Made by a program: the position numbers and the translations under genes. 64,000 nt of DNA from the human T2T-CHM13v2.0 reference genome, Homo sapiens. The notes below the pieces were generated by a model. The model was not told where the DNA came from. It saw only the letters and a program-made list of their open reading frames with translations, and did not search any database. The stretch lies in the NCBI RefSeq assembly GCF_009914755.1, contig NC_060940.1. One strand, given 5' to 3'. Position 1 is the first letter of the stretch, and each line of letters starts with the position of its first letter. Of this stretch, positions 42,931 through 57,299 are shown one piece after another.

Positions 42931-45256
42931 ACTACTGTGTTTTGGTAGGAGAGTTACATTAAAATAGAGTCGCTAGTGTGTCCAGAGAAGTGCCTTTATC
43001 TTCGTATAATCATTGTTAAGAAGAAACAAGTGAATCTCTTCCCAAATTTACCCTCTGAATGTAGGTTTATATGGTGCTTTTGACATTAACTAGTGTTTAC
43101 AAAACACCTGCCTTCTACATCTTTACAACTGAATGATGAAAGCACGATGAAAGATAATCAGAGAAAAGCATAAAAAGCAGTGCTTAAGAAATGAAAGCAC
43201 AGGAACTCTTCACATTTGTCAGAGTGTTATCTTCATATTAAAGATGAACAAAGAGCTGTTTATTTTTCGTTTGAAAATGTGGTATATACAGGTTGCTTCA
43301 CATTATGGAGTTTTCTGCAGCAGCCAAAATTCTAAGTGTCTAGAGCTCACAATATATATCTACTTTCCAATTATATGCGACCTAAGCAAATAAATCTTTA
43401 CTAAAAATTAAAATCTTTCCAAAATATTCAGAAAAGTGAGTAGTCATCTTTTTTATAGCACTCAGATATATTTTGATAAATTACTTTTCTCCAGCAAAGA
43501 GTGAGGCATAACAGCTGGATGTATATATTAATCAGTTTAAATATAAGAATATTGAATACCCTAAGAGACACAAGAATGAACACTGTTAAGGTTCTTTGCA
43601 TGTGCCCCAGATATTACCTGGTCCATCTATTTTAAAAAATTATAAAACAATTTTCATCCACCCATATATCATCCTTGTCCAAAGAGGATTGCCTTTCCTT
43701 CAAAGCTGTTATAAGTGCCCTCAATTCTAGATTAGTTAAATAAAAATGCTATTTACTCCTCAGGTTTGCTATCACTTTATCAACTGAGAATTGCCTAGGA
43801 AAGCAGGCATCTGTTGCCATAGGTCATTAAATTTTCTCTCTTTCTCTCTGTGAGCAGCCACTTACAGGATGGAGTGGAAGGAAAAAGGAACACTGTAAAG
43901 AAAAATATCAGTCATATATTTTGTCACTCCCCTGCATTTTTTCCCCTCATTAAATTTTACCTCAGAACCAAAACAAAACAAAACAAAACAAAACAAAATA
44001 GCACAGAGGCAACCTTCCTGCCATATTACAGTCTTACTCTTTTCTCCACCTTGGATGCAAATGTAAGATTGGAAGCCTTCAAAAGCAGTGCTTTGAGTCT
44101 ATTTCTTATTTCATTTATGTGTTCAAACGTCTTATTAGGAGAGGAAAATAAGAAATGGCGTTTCTTCCAGTAGTAACCATCTGATACGTCACTAGTCTCC
44201 CAGGTCAGCCACCTAACTCTTGAGTGGCCATTCAAAGATTTTTTTTTTTCTACATTGATAGTCACATTCCCAGTAACCTGATTGAAAGCTGCAGGGTTGC
44301 TCAATGATTATGCTCTTTGAAATATCTGTGCCACCTCCACTGGGTTCTTATCAGTCTCGAGGGCAGAAGCTCTCACTGGGAGGTGAGTTTCATGAACTTT
44401 CATTTTTAAGTAGAGGAAAAGAAGCCTGGAGCCAAGAAAATATGTAGCCTCCTCTGCTGAAAGCCACATATCAGCTCAGTCAATTTCCAGTTCCTCCATT
44501 GAAGCCTAATTTTCCCTTTGAACTCAGAGAAAGCTAAGGATGCCTCTTTCTTGGGACAAAAAGAAGAATGCCCTTCCTTCATACAAATCTATGTTGGATT
44601 TCTAAGTGAATATGGATGACAAAAGGACAAAAGGATGCCTTTGGGTGGAGGTGCAGAGGTGAGGAAGAAAAAAACTTTAAAGTTGATTGTGTGAACGTAA
44701 AATACCTGAGAGACACTTTAATAGTTGCCTAGGGTTGTCCAAAGTCTTGGTTTCTTTCCAACAAAGGATTTCTTTGTTGGAATTGTGTTCAGACAGGCAT
44801 GAATTGAAATCCCAGCTTAGTCAATTACCAGGTGTATTTCTTTGTTGATTTAAGTTTTCTGGACCTCGGTTTATAATTCTGTAAAGTGAAAAACACTGGC
44901 AGTGTCATTCCTCTTCGTCTCTCCAGCACCTGGAAAGGCATCTGAAAATGTTTGTCATGATGTTTATGAAGAGAAGGATGAAGAAGGGAGGGACCAAGCA
45001 CTCTGCTTCTGCTTAATAAACTCCGGATGTATGTTGATATCCTTTCTTTCTCCTCCAGACATTTCCAACCAGATTGCTTTTCTGCAAAATCCATGCTAAA
45101 GATTCTTAACTAGCTCAAGCAGACAGTGTATGGATGTTGTGGTCTTAAAAAGCAAGTTGGCAAAATTTTCACTTGAATTGGTTTGTTAGATTGTTTTGCC
45201 TTGAGTAATATTTTTGGCAATTTTTTGGAGAGTTTCAATAAAAAATAAGTATTTAA

Positions 45257-45548
45257 GGCCAGGTGCAGGGGCTCACACCTGTAATCCCAACGCTTTGAGA
45301 GGCCGAGGCAGGAGGATCACTTGGGGCCAGGAGTTCGAGACCAGCCTGGGCAACATAGTGAGACCTTGCCTCTACAAAAATATTTTTTAAATTAGCTAGG
45401 CATGGGGGTGCATGCCTGTAGTCCCAGATACTCAAGAGGCTGAGGTGGGAAGAGTGCCTATACCCAGGAGTTCAAGGCCGCAGTGAACCATGATCCTGCC
45501 GTTGCACTCCAGCCTGAGTGAGAAAGCAAGATCCTGTCTCCAAAAGAA
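45257..45548 (+). mobile_element. AluJ-type SINE
   Basis: CCTGGGCAACATAGTGAGACC, GAGTTCAAGGCCGCAGTGAACCATGATC; short tail. Confidence 0.92.
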
Positions 45549-46487
45549 TATAAGTAGCTAGATTCATTTCAATTTAGCAAGATAGGCCATTCCAATTCAA
45601 GTTCTGCTCCTAAACAGAGGCCAGACTGGCTTGAAGGAAAGATAGTCTAACATAAGGCAGCCTGCATCTATTCTCTAGGTTTATTCTGTAGTTTAAGCAC
45701 AGTGGGGCTAAAAACACTATTGATTACAGCCCTGATTTCCTAAAAATGTCATGGACGTTTTACACTTTTCCTCTGAGGCATTAAATACCAGGCCTGCTAT
45801 TAACCAGATTGTGATAACAGACACAGATAAAGACAACTGCAAAGTTAACAGTAAAGAGTATTTCTCCAAAGGTCATGCTGCAGCGATAGCATATCATAAT
45901 GACCCTCTTCTTTGAGGACTACTGAGTTCTTTTAAAAAAAGACATCCCCAGCCCAGCTTTGCAACTTCCACCTCCCCAACAAAAGTTACACTTCATAATA
46001 GCAAACAATTCAGAACTGATTCATGCTTCTCTAGCCTTTCCTAAGACTCATCTAACACAGAAACAGCTCCATAGAAAATTCTCTCCATCCCTTCTTACCA
46101 AGGGACACTTCACGATTCACCTAGCATACCCTCCCTGATTGCGGAAAGTCAATAAATATATTTCGTTGGATTAAAGGTTTGTTCCTGGTGGACTTTGGCT
46201 GTAGTAATTCTATATTTTCCTTGCAGCTAAACAAACAATTTTTTCAACATACCCAAAAACAGCAGGCTCAGGTAGAGGAGCCTGTTCTTCCCTGGAGTTT
46301 GGATAAACCTGAGGTTTGTAAAGAGCTATTCCCATTTCCTGGCATGGTTCACAAGTCCACCGGGATCAGTAGAATGGCTGGAAGCAGGAAGAGATGTTCC
46401 TCTGTGACTGAGCACAGTGACCTCTTTCCTCTGGCTGCAGCCAGTATTTTCCAACCTTGCCCTAAAAACAATGTTGTTTCCTTGAGG

Positions 46488-46712
46488 TCCTCCTCCCCCT
46501 CCCTCTCCCCCTCCCCCTCCTCCCGTTCCCCTTTCCCTCCTCCCCCTCCCCATTCCCTTCCCCTTCCCCTTTCCCTCCTCCCCCTCCCCATCCCCTTCCC
46601 CTTCCTCTTCCCCTCCCCCTTCCCCTCCCTCTCTTCCTCCCCCTCCCCCTCCCCCTCCTCCCCCTCTCCCCTCCCCTTCCTCCTCCTCCCCCTCCTCCTC
46701 CTCGTCCTCCTC
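46488..46712. repeat. C/T-rich low-complexity tract (CCCCCT/CCCCTT/CCT units)
   Basis: 225 bp with only 4 purines on the + strand. Confidence 0.95.
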
Positions 46713-46789
46713 AAAACCCATGCACCACTGACTGCAGATATCTCAAAGTGTGGCATTTGACACTCATTCTCCATCTCAGGGCAAGACAG

Positions 46790-47090
46790 GTTTGATCATT
46801 CAAGGTCTTGCTAAAATGTCATCTCTTCAAAAACATGTTCTTTATCCACTCTGAACCAAGCAGCCTCCTCTCAGACAATCTCTAACACAACAGCTAACTT
46901 TATTTTCTTTTTAGTACTTATCACACAAGAAGTACTTAGTACTAGCTGATATTATCTTGCTAACTTGGTTATCATGTGCCTCCTTGCCCCCACCAACCTC
47001 CAAATCTAGTGTTTAAGCTTTTAAGGGTAGTTGCCTTGTCTATCTGGTTCACCTAATTTATAAGAGAAGTCCCGATACATATTTGTTAAG
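46790..47090 (+). mobile_element. L2 3' remnant
   Basis: TCATTCAAGGTCTTGCTAAAATGTCATCTCTTCA...TTTATTTTCTT...CCTTGTCTATCTGGTTCACC. Confidence 0.6.
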
Positions 47091-47139
47091 TGAGATTGTG
47101 TTACTTTGAAAAGGCAATTTTTAAAAAAAAGTGAGAGTG

Positions 47140-47545
47140 CAGTTGACCATTGAACAACGTAGGGGCTAGCGGTACCCGCACAGTCAAAACTCCACATATA
47201 ACTTTCGACTCTCCAAAAACTTCACTACTAAAAACCTACTGTTGACAAGAAGACTTACCGACAACATAGTTGATTACTACATTTTTTGTGTATTATATAC
47301 TGTAGGCAATAAGTTACAGAAAAGAAAATGTTGCAGTGAAAACCGTAAGGAAGAGAAAATATATTTACTAGTCATTAAGCGGAAATGGATCATCATAAAG
47401 GTCTTTATCCTCATCATCTTCACATTTAGTAGACTGAGGACCAAGAGGAGGGTTGGTCTTATTGTCTCTGGTAGTGGAGTCGGGAGACAACCTGCATATA
47501 AGCAGACCGGCAAAGTTCAAACCCACATTGTTCAAAGGTCAACCG
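47140..47545. mobile_element. Tigger2a (MER28) TcMar element
   Basis: TIRs CAGTTGACCATTGAACAA / TTGTTCAAAGGTCAACCG; internal GGATCATCATAAAGGTCTTTATCCTC. Confidence 0.88.
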
Positions 47546-47839
47546 AATTATCTTTTCTTCAACCAGGTTTTAAGCCACAACTGGTCTATTTATCTTCTCT
47601 GGCAACAAATAGTCATAAGTGAGGTGAAAGGGAATTAATTTGCAGATGTTCTGCAAAGGACCTTTCCATTCTATAAAATGAATTGTTGGGTTCTATATGT
47701 CAAACTTTTTTTAAAAAATTATAAGTATAGACACAAATTATATTATTATGACATGCACCCAGACCATACTATCGAAGTGGCAGTTAAGCAACAAGGGGCC
47801 AGTTCATACAAGTATTTACTACATAGGAGATGGCCTTGT

Positions 47840-48330
47840 CATTCACTCAGGCACCCAGGACACAGTCCTGAGCACCACCCTTGGCTTTGTTCTCTTCTCT
47901 CACATTTCACGGTCAGTCACACACTAGGTCCCTAATCAGATCACTATCCCCTGCTGAAAATCCATTAGAATAAATTTCAAATCTCTCAGGCCCCTACATG
48001 AGGTGGGCTCTGCCTGCATCTCCAATATTATGTCCCACACCGAGCTCTTTCCTGACTCTAAGCCTTTGCATTTGCAGCTTCCTCCAGCTGCAGCAGTCTC
48101 CAGGGGTCCCAGCGCTCTTTCTTATTCGATGTCAGAATAAACATTACCTTTCCAGAGTCCCCTGTCACTATCACATCACCTGCTTTATCCTATTTGTTTC
48201 TTCATAGCACCTGTTACTCTCACGGTTATCTTCCTCATCTGCTGATCTACTTGTTCCCTGTCTGTCTGCCTGCTCTGCAATGTAAAGCCATGAGACATGA
48301 GGGCTTGCACACAGTAAGTAGGGTCTAGGT
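47840..48330 (+). mobile_element. L2 remnant
   Basis: CAGATCACTATCCCCTGCTGAAAA...GCCCCTACATGA...TGTCTGTCT...TGTAAAGCCATGAG. Confidence 0.5.
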
Positions 48331-48506
48331 AATTCTTTTCCCAGTCCACCAGTCAGCCAACTCTCAAGTCCCAGGCACCTACAAGAGCCTATTCAACTGG
48401 CTTCTGGGAAGCAATAGGCAGGAATTTTGGCACAAATCCGATCATGTCATCTCTCTGCTTAAATTCCTTTGGTTGCTTCCCATTGCCTTTAGAATAAACC
48501 CAAATT

Positions 48507-49044
48507 ATTTTTTTTTTACTCTTTCTGTTTTTAATTTAATTTTAGTTCTGGGATACATGTGCAGGACATGCATGTTTGTTACATAGGTAAACGTGTGTCA
48601 TGGTTGTTTGCTGCACCTATCAACCCATCACCTAGGCATTAAGCCCTGAATGTATTAGCTATTTATCCTAATGCTCTTCCTTCCCTTGTTCCCCTGACAG
48701 GCCCCAGTGTGTGTTGTTCCCTTCCTTAGGTCCATTGTTCTCATTGTTCAGTTCCCACTTGTAAGTGAGAATATGTGGTGTTTGGTTTTCTGTTCCTGTG
48801 TTAGTTTCCTGAGGATAATGGTTTCCAGCTCCATCCATGTCCCTGCAAATTACATGACCCTTTTATGGCTGCATAGTATTCCATGGTGTATATGTACCAC
48901 ATTTTCTTTATCCACTGTATTATTGATTGGCATTTGGGTTGATTCCATGTCTTTGCTATTGTGAATAGTGTTGCAATAAACGTAAGCATGCATGTATCTT
49001 TATAATAGAATGATTTATATTCTTTCAAGTATATACCCAGCAAT
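48507..49044 (-). mobile_element. L1PA-type 3' end
   Basis: AGTTCTGGGATACATGTGCAGG...TATGGCTGCATAGTATTCCATGGTG...TATATACCCAG; TSD ATAAACCCAAATT (48494-48506, 49045-49057). Confidence 0.95.
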
Positions 49045-49772
49045 ATAAACCCAAATTCTTTACCTGGCTTACAAAGGCCTTCTTCTCCAGGTTTATTTCT
49101 CACCAGACAATAATTTGTAATGCTCTCCACTTTCCCCACTGGGTCTAGTCCATGGTCAGCAAAGCAGGCAAAAAACCAAGTTCAATCCAAAGGCTGGAAT
49201 TCAGTGAGTGACCAGAGTGGGTGCCACAGAATCGAGATGGATGTGGATGTAGTGGTCTGAACATGGAACAGGGCCCTGACCACAGAGGGCAGGATGGTCC
49301 CAGAGCCTCCACAGATGCAAAGGGCAGTTATGGTCAATGGCCTGAGCTCTGGGGAGGCAAGGGGGCACCCCTCCTGTTGTGCCCAATTTCATTATGAAGA
49401 AAGCCTGAGCTCCTGGTTTTAGGGATTTTAGAAAGAAGCACTTTGAAGAGAGTGGGATTAGGAGTCTCAATCCTGAGTCTGGTCCCTAACGGACAGATTT
49501 GTGGCAAAATAGACTAGAATAGACATTTTAATTTTCATAGATCAAATTCATAGATCAGACTCTACCTTAGGCTATTTCATTACTAACAGCTGTGTGAAAT
49601 AAGTACTAAATTCTCATCACTGAAAAGGATCTGAGGCTCAGAAAGGTGATTTGCCAGCCATGGTCATACGTGAATCTCATGCTGATCCCATCATGGTATG
49701 CTCTGACCTGGGGTCTTCAGAGATCATGAAGTTGAGGCTGAGGCTCCTCTCCCATTGTCCTACATTTTTCTA

Positions 49773-50124
<352 letters not shown>

Positions 50125-50529
50125 CTAAATCTGGAAGTTACTTGTTAAAACATTGTATGGTTTATACAGATACAAAATAAAATAACTTCATTAAGAAAAA
50201 GTAGTAAAACAAAAATAAATTCAAGTCTTAGAAACACCTTTGATAATATTAAAGTTTTTCTCACTGCCACCTCAAATTCTTCTCAAATCTGTAATTCCCT
50301 CCCCACGCCAACTCATGCATCAGCTGATGAAGTACAGCCTCCCATTTTCCATTCATTCAGTGAGCCAGTCTGTCCATACATCAGAATACCCTCTGACCAC
50401 CTATTACTATGTTCCAAACATCATTCTTGGAGCTGAAGATATAAGATCTAAAAGGGCAGGACTTCATCAATCAATGAATTTACAACCTACTGGAAGATAC
50501 AGAGAGTAAATCAGTAAGTCAATTCTTAT

Positions 50530-50670
50530 AGTACAGTCTACATAGCAAAGGATAGGCTAGAATCGAATTGGGTAGGGCACGGTGGGGTACAACAGGATAA
50601 GGTAGGGAAGGGAAGGAAAAAGTAGTGTAGTATAAGATACCATAGGATACTATAGGATAGGGTAGGACAG
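50530..50670. repeat. Degenerate pentanucleotide repeat (GATAG/GGTAG-like) within an L2-like region
   Basis: 5-bp periodicity: GGATA GGCTA GAATC GAATT GGGTA GGGCA... Confidence 0.6.
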
Positions 50671-51827
50671 TTCAGTGTGGCCACTGAAAAAATAAAAGTT
50701 GAAAACCAGGAGATGGGAGGCAGGAGTTGTCTCAACTGGACTGTGGGGCCAAGAGGCTAAAGGGAAACAGGCTGAGTTTCAATGAGTAAGTGGGCATTAG
50801 CTGGGTAAAGAATGGTAAAAACAGATGTATAACGTAAGAAAAAGGGCATTCTCTTGGGTCAGACTGCCCTAAATTCAAACTCCTCCTCTGTCCACTGCCG
50901 CCTACAAATGGTTTTAGAGCTTACAGCTTACAGCTTAGACAAGTTGGCAATTAAATTAATTGACTCTTTGGCAATTAAACGCTCAGTAACCTCGTGTGCC
51001 ACAGGGCTCCTTTCAGGTTCTTGATTCTATGCTTCAAGTTTTATTTTACAAAAGAAAAAAAAGGTCAGGTCGTGTCCTTGATTTGGTTTAATGACACACC
51101 AAAATCTGGACTACATTAGCAAGATGAGAGTTGTGTCCTTTTCTGCCTCCAGCCATGATCAGCCTGTCCTCCTGTTCTTCTGCCACTCCCTGCCTCTCCT
51201 CTTAAACTCCAGCCCTACCAGCTGACCTGAAGTACAGGGCCTGCCCAAACCATGCTGTGTCTTGCGTCCTTGCCTTTGCTCCTGTGGGGAGCTCTGCCTA
51301 CGAATGCCCTTTCCATTGTGTTTATTGGAAAACTCCTGGGTAGTCCTCTAGAATAATCTTACTCATCAGCCATCACCCCACCCTCCAATGTTCCTTCTCT
51401 ATACTAATTCTGTTACATGTGTTCCTATCTGTGGTTTGTCACACACTCTGAAAACATTTTTGTACTTTCTCTTCCGCCTGTGAGCACTTAAGGCCCCTAA
51501 GGACAGACATACTGAGGATCTCTATAAATGTTGCATTCATAAACCAATGGCTCCTTCCAGACCCAAATGCACTTTCTTATCTGACAGAGGAATCCAGTTT
51601 GATGGTATTGCCACAAATTCATTTGTTATAAAATTTTATGTTTCCTCTTGAGAAGGGAAATGTCTCCTTCCTTGGTACTTTAAGAAAACAAATTCACATA
51701 ACAATTATAATAACTGAGATAAAACTGTAGTTTTTCACTGAGCATTTAATTTACCTTGTTTAGATAGAACTGTATATCTATGTTAGATTAGACCTCAGGC
51801 ATGCCCAACCATTTTTTCACTTAGAAT

Positions 51828-52683
<856 letters not shown>

Positions 52684-52699
52684 ATGGTTTGTATTCTTA

Positions 52700-53800
52700 A
52701 CGTGACATGAATTAATATTTTTGGTTGGTTAAGTTCTTCCATCTAGGGTCTTGATCAGTCTTTCCTTTTGTCCTGGAATTCTTTTAAGTCATTCTGTTAA
52801 GACTTTATGGTTTTCTTTGCTTATACTTTCTGGTTATATTAATTCCCAGGAATTTACATCTTCGTTGCTATTCTGAATAGGATTTATTTTCTGATTTTTA
52901 TTTTTAATTTAGTATTGTAAATATAAAAAAGGAGTTTTATATCTTTTGTTCAATACTTTATCCAATTCTCTTAACTTTCATAGTTTAGAGTTTTTATCTT
53001 TATAATCATATCAACATGTCTCTTTTCTTCAATAAGTATTGTAAATATTTCACTATTCGTTTATATTACATTAACTGCTGCTCCAAAAACAAAGATCAAA
53101 ATAGAGTAATGATAGAATCTAATCTCAGTTTTTAATGGGAATGACTTTCATATCTTACCCTTTAAAATATTGTTTGCTATTTTTAGTAAATAACAGTTGT
53201 ATGTTTTAGCTTCCTTCTAATCCTACTTTCTTTGTAATATTCACAATAGCTCTACATTGTATTGAATAGCTTTTCAACATCTATTGATATCCTTTGGTTC
53301 ACTGATATAATCAAATGTGTTGATAAAGTTCCTATTTTTTAAGTCCTTGTGTTACTGTAATTAATCCCATTTCTTCATGTCATATAATTTTATAAATAAA
53401 TATCTGGATTCAGACATCTGATTATTTATTTGAAATATTTACCTCTATATACTTGGAATTTGTCTAATTTTCTCTTGTGTCGTATCTTCATGATACTTTA
53501 TACAATGAATTAATGATCTTTCAACTTTCTCTGTGGACTAGAATTTTTTAAATAGCACAGGAATTACATGATGTTTGAATTTAGAGTAAACTCAGCAGTA
53601 AAACCATCTGAGCCTGCCACCAAATTTGGCTATGGTTATTGGTCTGTTCAGATTTTCTCTCATATTGGGTCAAATGGGGTATTTTACATTGTGACAACAA
53701 GTTAGCCATTTCTCCAAGATTTTCCATTGTCATTGGTTTGTATAAGAAGCTTTAATATAAATCTTTAAGCTCTTCCATATTTGAAGATGACATCTTGTTA
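52700..53800 (-). mobile_element. Very old L1 ORF2 remnant
   Basis: T-rich; AATAGCTTTTCAACATCTATTGATAT, TAAACTCAGCAGTAAAACCATCTGAGCCTG, GGTCTGTTCAGATTTTCT are antisense L1 ORF2-like. Confidence 0.7.
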
Positions 53801-54224
53801 TTAACATTGTATCCTTGTATATTTATTTTCTCCTCTCTTTCTCTCTCTCACTCACTCTCTCATACATTTGTCACACACACACGTTTCTCTGGGATTTTCT
53901 TTTGTATTCTTATCAGAAATAAAATTTGTATTTTGCACAACACAGAACATACAGTATGTTACATAAAATTAAGTAACAGTGTCTTAAGATAAACGTTTAT
54001 TTTTTTCTCAAGTAAGAGACACACCAAGGTGTGCAGTCTGAGACAGATATGCCAGTGCCTCAGCATCCTCAGGGATCTAGACTCAATCTCATGCCCTGAT
54101 TCCCGATGCCTGCCTTCCATCCTTGTGGTCTTTATCATTCAAGATGACTGTTGGAGATCCAGTCATCAGATCTGTGTTCCTGGCAAGCAGCAGGTAGAAG
54201 AAGAGAAAGATCAAAGAATCACCT

Positions 54225-54535
<311 letters not shown>

Positions 54536-54830
54536 GGCCGGGCGCAGTGGCTCACGCCTGTAATCCCAGCACTTTGGGAGGCCGAGGCGGGTGGATCATG
54601 AGGTCAGGAGATCGAGACCAACCTGGGTAACATGGTGAAACCCCGTCTCTACTAAAAATAGAAAAAATTAGCTGGGTGCGGTGGTGGGCGCCTGTAGTCC
54701 CAGCTACTCAGGAGGCTGAGGCAGGAGAATGGCGTGAACCTGGGAGGTGGAGCTTGCAGTGAGCTGACATCGCACTATTGCACTCCAGCCTGGGCTACAT
54801 AGCGAGACTCCGTCTCAAAAAAAAAAAAAA
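54536..54830 (+). mobile_element. AluY SINE inserted in the tail of the preceding Alu
   Basis: GGCCGGGCGCAGTGG, GAATGGCGTGAACC, GAGCTTGCAG; the second AATCACCT follows its tail. Confidence 0.96.
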
Positions 54831-55729
54831 ATCACCTCACCAACAATTTAGCCCCCATTATTATTCTACTCAGATTTTCTAGACCATACCTTTGTTCCTA
54901 CGCCATCTTCCAGGACTTAGTCACAGAGCCAGAACATGAGACAATGGGGAACTAGGAATGCAGCTTGAGTAGCTTTCCATTAAAAAAAAAAAATCGAAGT
55001 TCTATTACTAAATGAGAGGAGGACGTTTACTGGGTAGAAGTTAAAGTGTCTGCTACAACTTCATGCATCCTAGCAAATATTTCTGCTTTTGCTTACACTT
55101 TAATTTTTATAGCTTCCAACCTTCATCTCAATTATTTTTTCCTAATATCTAATAGTTTATTTTGATACTGATTTTTAAAGTTCTGAAGCCAAAGAGTTTG
55201 TGAATTTTTGTCTTTTTTCAAAATTATACTAAAACATTTGAAAATATAAATTTGAAATCCTGTATTTTATTACCAAATTTGCCACATCTTAACCCATTAC
55301 CAGTGGGGTAAGCGTTTATGGAGCTGCCCAGAGCCTGCTGGAACTAACAGCATTGGATTTTAGGGTTTATGATCCTTGAACATTTATTTCCTGAGCTTGG
55401 TGGTTATTTGACATATTAAATATCTCTTTTCAAGCACATAGTCTCCCTGTATCATAATTCATTTAACCAGTTGCCTTTTGCCAGACATTTAGTGGTCTCT
55501 AATTCTTCAAGATTGTAAGTAATGCTATGTTTGCCATCCCTATGATCTATCTTTGTCCATCTGTGTAATTATTTCTGTAGGATTAATTTCTTGAAGTGGA
55601 ATTGCTGTGTCAAAGGGCATACACATGTAAAATCTAATACCTATAATAAAACTACTTATTAGTTTGTATTTTGCTCCCAAAAGTGTCTTCTAGAAAATAC
55701 AAAATTTCTTTCTCATATACACTTTTGGG

Positions 55730-56200
55730 AGAAGTGTACTTGGTAAAGCTGGTTTAGACAGCAATCTGGTAGTATCAGTCAAAACTTAAAATGGTATCGC
55801 CACTGATGCAGTAAGTCCTCTTCCAAGAGTCTGTCTTACTGAATTTCTTATATATGTATACAAATATGCACTGTATGTGTTGACTTGGAAATATAACCTA
55901 AAGACATTAAAATTAAGTGAAAAAATCACTTTGAAGACATATACTATGATCCATTTTGTGCAAGAAAACTATATGTGCATATATAGCCATATATTAGTTC
56001 TTAAATGCAAGATAAAGGAATGAGAAGAACACATATCCAACAATTGCCAGTGGTTACCTCTGAAGATGGGAGTGAGACAGGGCCCAGTTAAGAAAGATTG
56101 GAGTAACGGGATAGGTCTGTTTATGTAGATCAGCTTTTGTCTTACATGTATCCACTAAGAATATATTTTCCACTAAGAATATATTTTCATCTTGGTATTG
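55730..56200 (+). mobile_element. L1ME-type 3' remnant
   Basis: AGCAATCTGGTAGTATC...TTAAGTGAAAAAA...CAGTGGTTACCTCTG. Confidence 0.55.
56151..56188. repeat. Perfect 18-bp tandem duplication TCCACTAAGAATATATTT
   Basis: 56151-56168 is identical to 56169-56186. Confidence 0.95.
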
Positions 56201-57299
56201 AGGAAGTAAGATACTTATTAATTAAAATTAAATTAGAATATGGTACATACTTTTAAGTTATCTGTATTTCTTTTAATTATTTAATCATATTGTTCAGTTA
56301 TTTGTATCTTACTGCCTTGACAACACCATCAAGGAGATCTGGGTTCTTTCTTGCTGCTCTGTTAGGATACAGATTGGCTGCTGCAGTAGCAGCTGTTATA
56401 CGAAGACCAAATGAAATTCAGTGAAAAAAGAGGGGCTACTTTCAAAATGTCTCCTCCAAAGAAATATTAACTAGCAGACCATCCAGGAGACCTCTCCAAA
56501 TACACACACATATGCATCCTTTCATGGTCATAATTTTCCCATGTTCATTTCTAGACTAGTCCCTGGCAAAAGAAATGGGATGACCAAGAGAGGCCTAATG
56601 AAAAATCTGATCATAAGAAGAAAGGTACATACTTGAGCAAAACCAGAAGGCTTTAAAAAAGAAAAAAAAAAAATGAGGTAATGGCTATTGTATGAACAAC
56701 CAGTAAGTTCTGGCAATGTGGTGAAAGGGATCCCTCCTCCCCATGATAAGTATTCTGCCCTATTGATTTTTTTTAAGTAATTCTAAAATTTAGACCTCAA
56801 GGCAAATCTTACAGTGAGTGCCCTTCCCCAGAAACATCAGTTTTCATGGTGTTTCAGTGTGAGTTGTGGTTTAGGGCAATTCATATTGGGTACAAATTTG
56901 TGTGGTAAGGGTCTTAAAAGATTTCTTCTGTTCTACATGTACCTACAGATGAAGAAGTTTCCTAGGGAACTTAACAGACTACTATGAATCTGAAAGACTA
57001 TAACATTTGATAAATCATAAAATAAAGACATCGTTTTCAGAATCTATCTATAGCTTAGAGCCACAGTCCTTTGTTCCCAGAATGGGCACCATCCAAACAC
57101 CAGAGTTGCCTGGCATTGGAGCTTGGGGTAGGGAAGAAGCGTAGGGAAAGGTAGGCTTCTAGAAATCAGAGAAAGGCTTGATATGGACAGAACTTTGCCT
57201 AGATTAAGGAAATCATTCTACTTTCTTCACCAAGTCAGGCCTTATGAGCCTTACAAGTAAGATTTAAACTAAAAGTTTTAATAACTTGCTAAAGGCCAA

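Noticed and set aside
46179-46774. Longest ORFs (193, 141 and 131 aa; Pro/Ser-rich or Gly/Glu-rich)
   Set aside because: They are open only because the C/T tract lacks stop codons; no evidence of a real protein.
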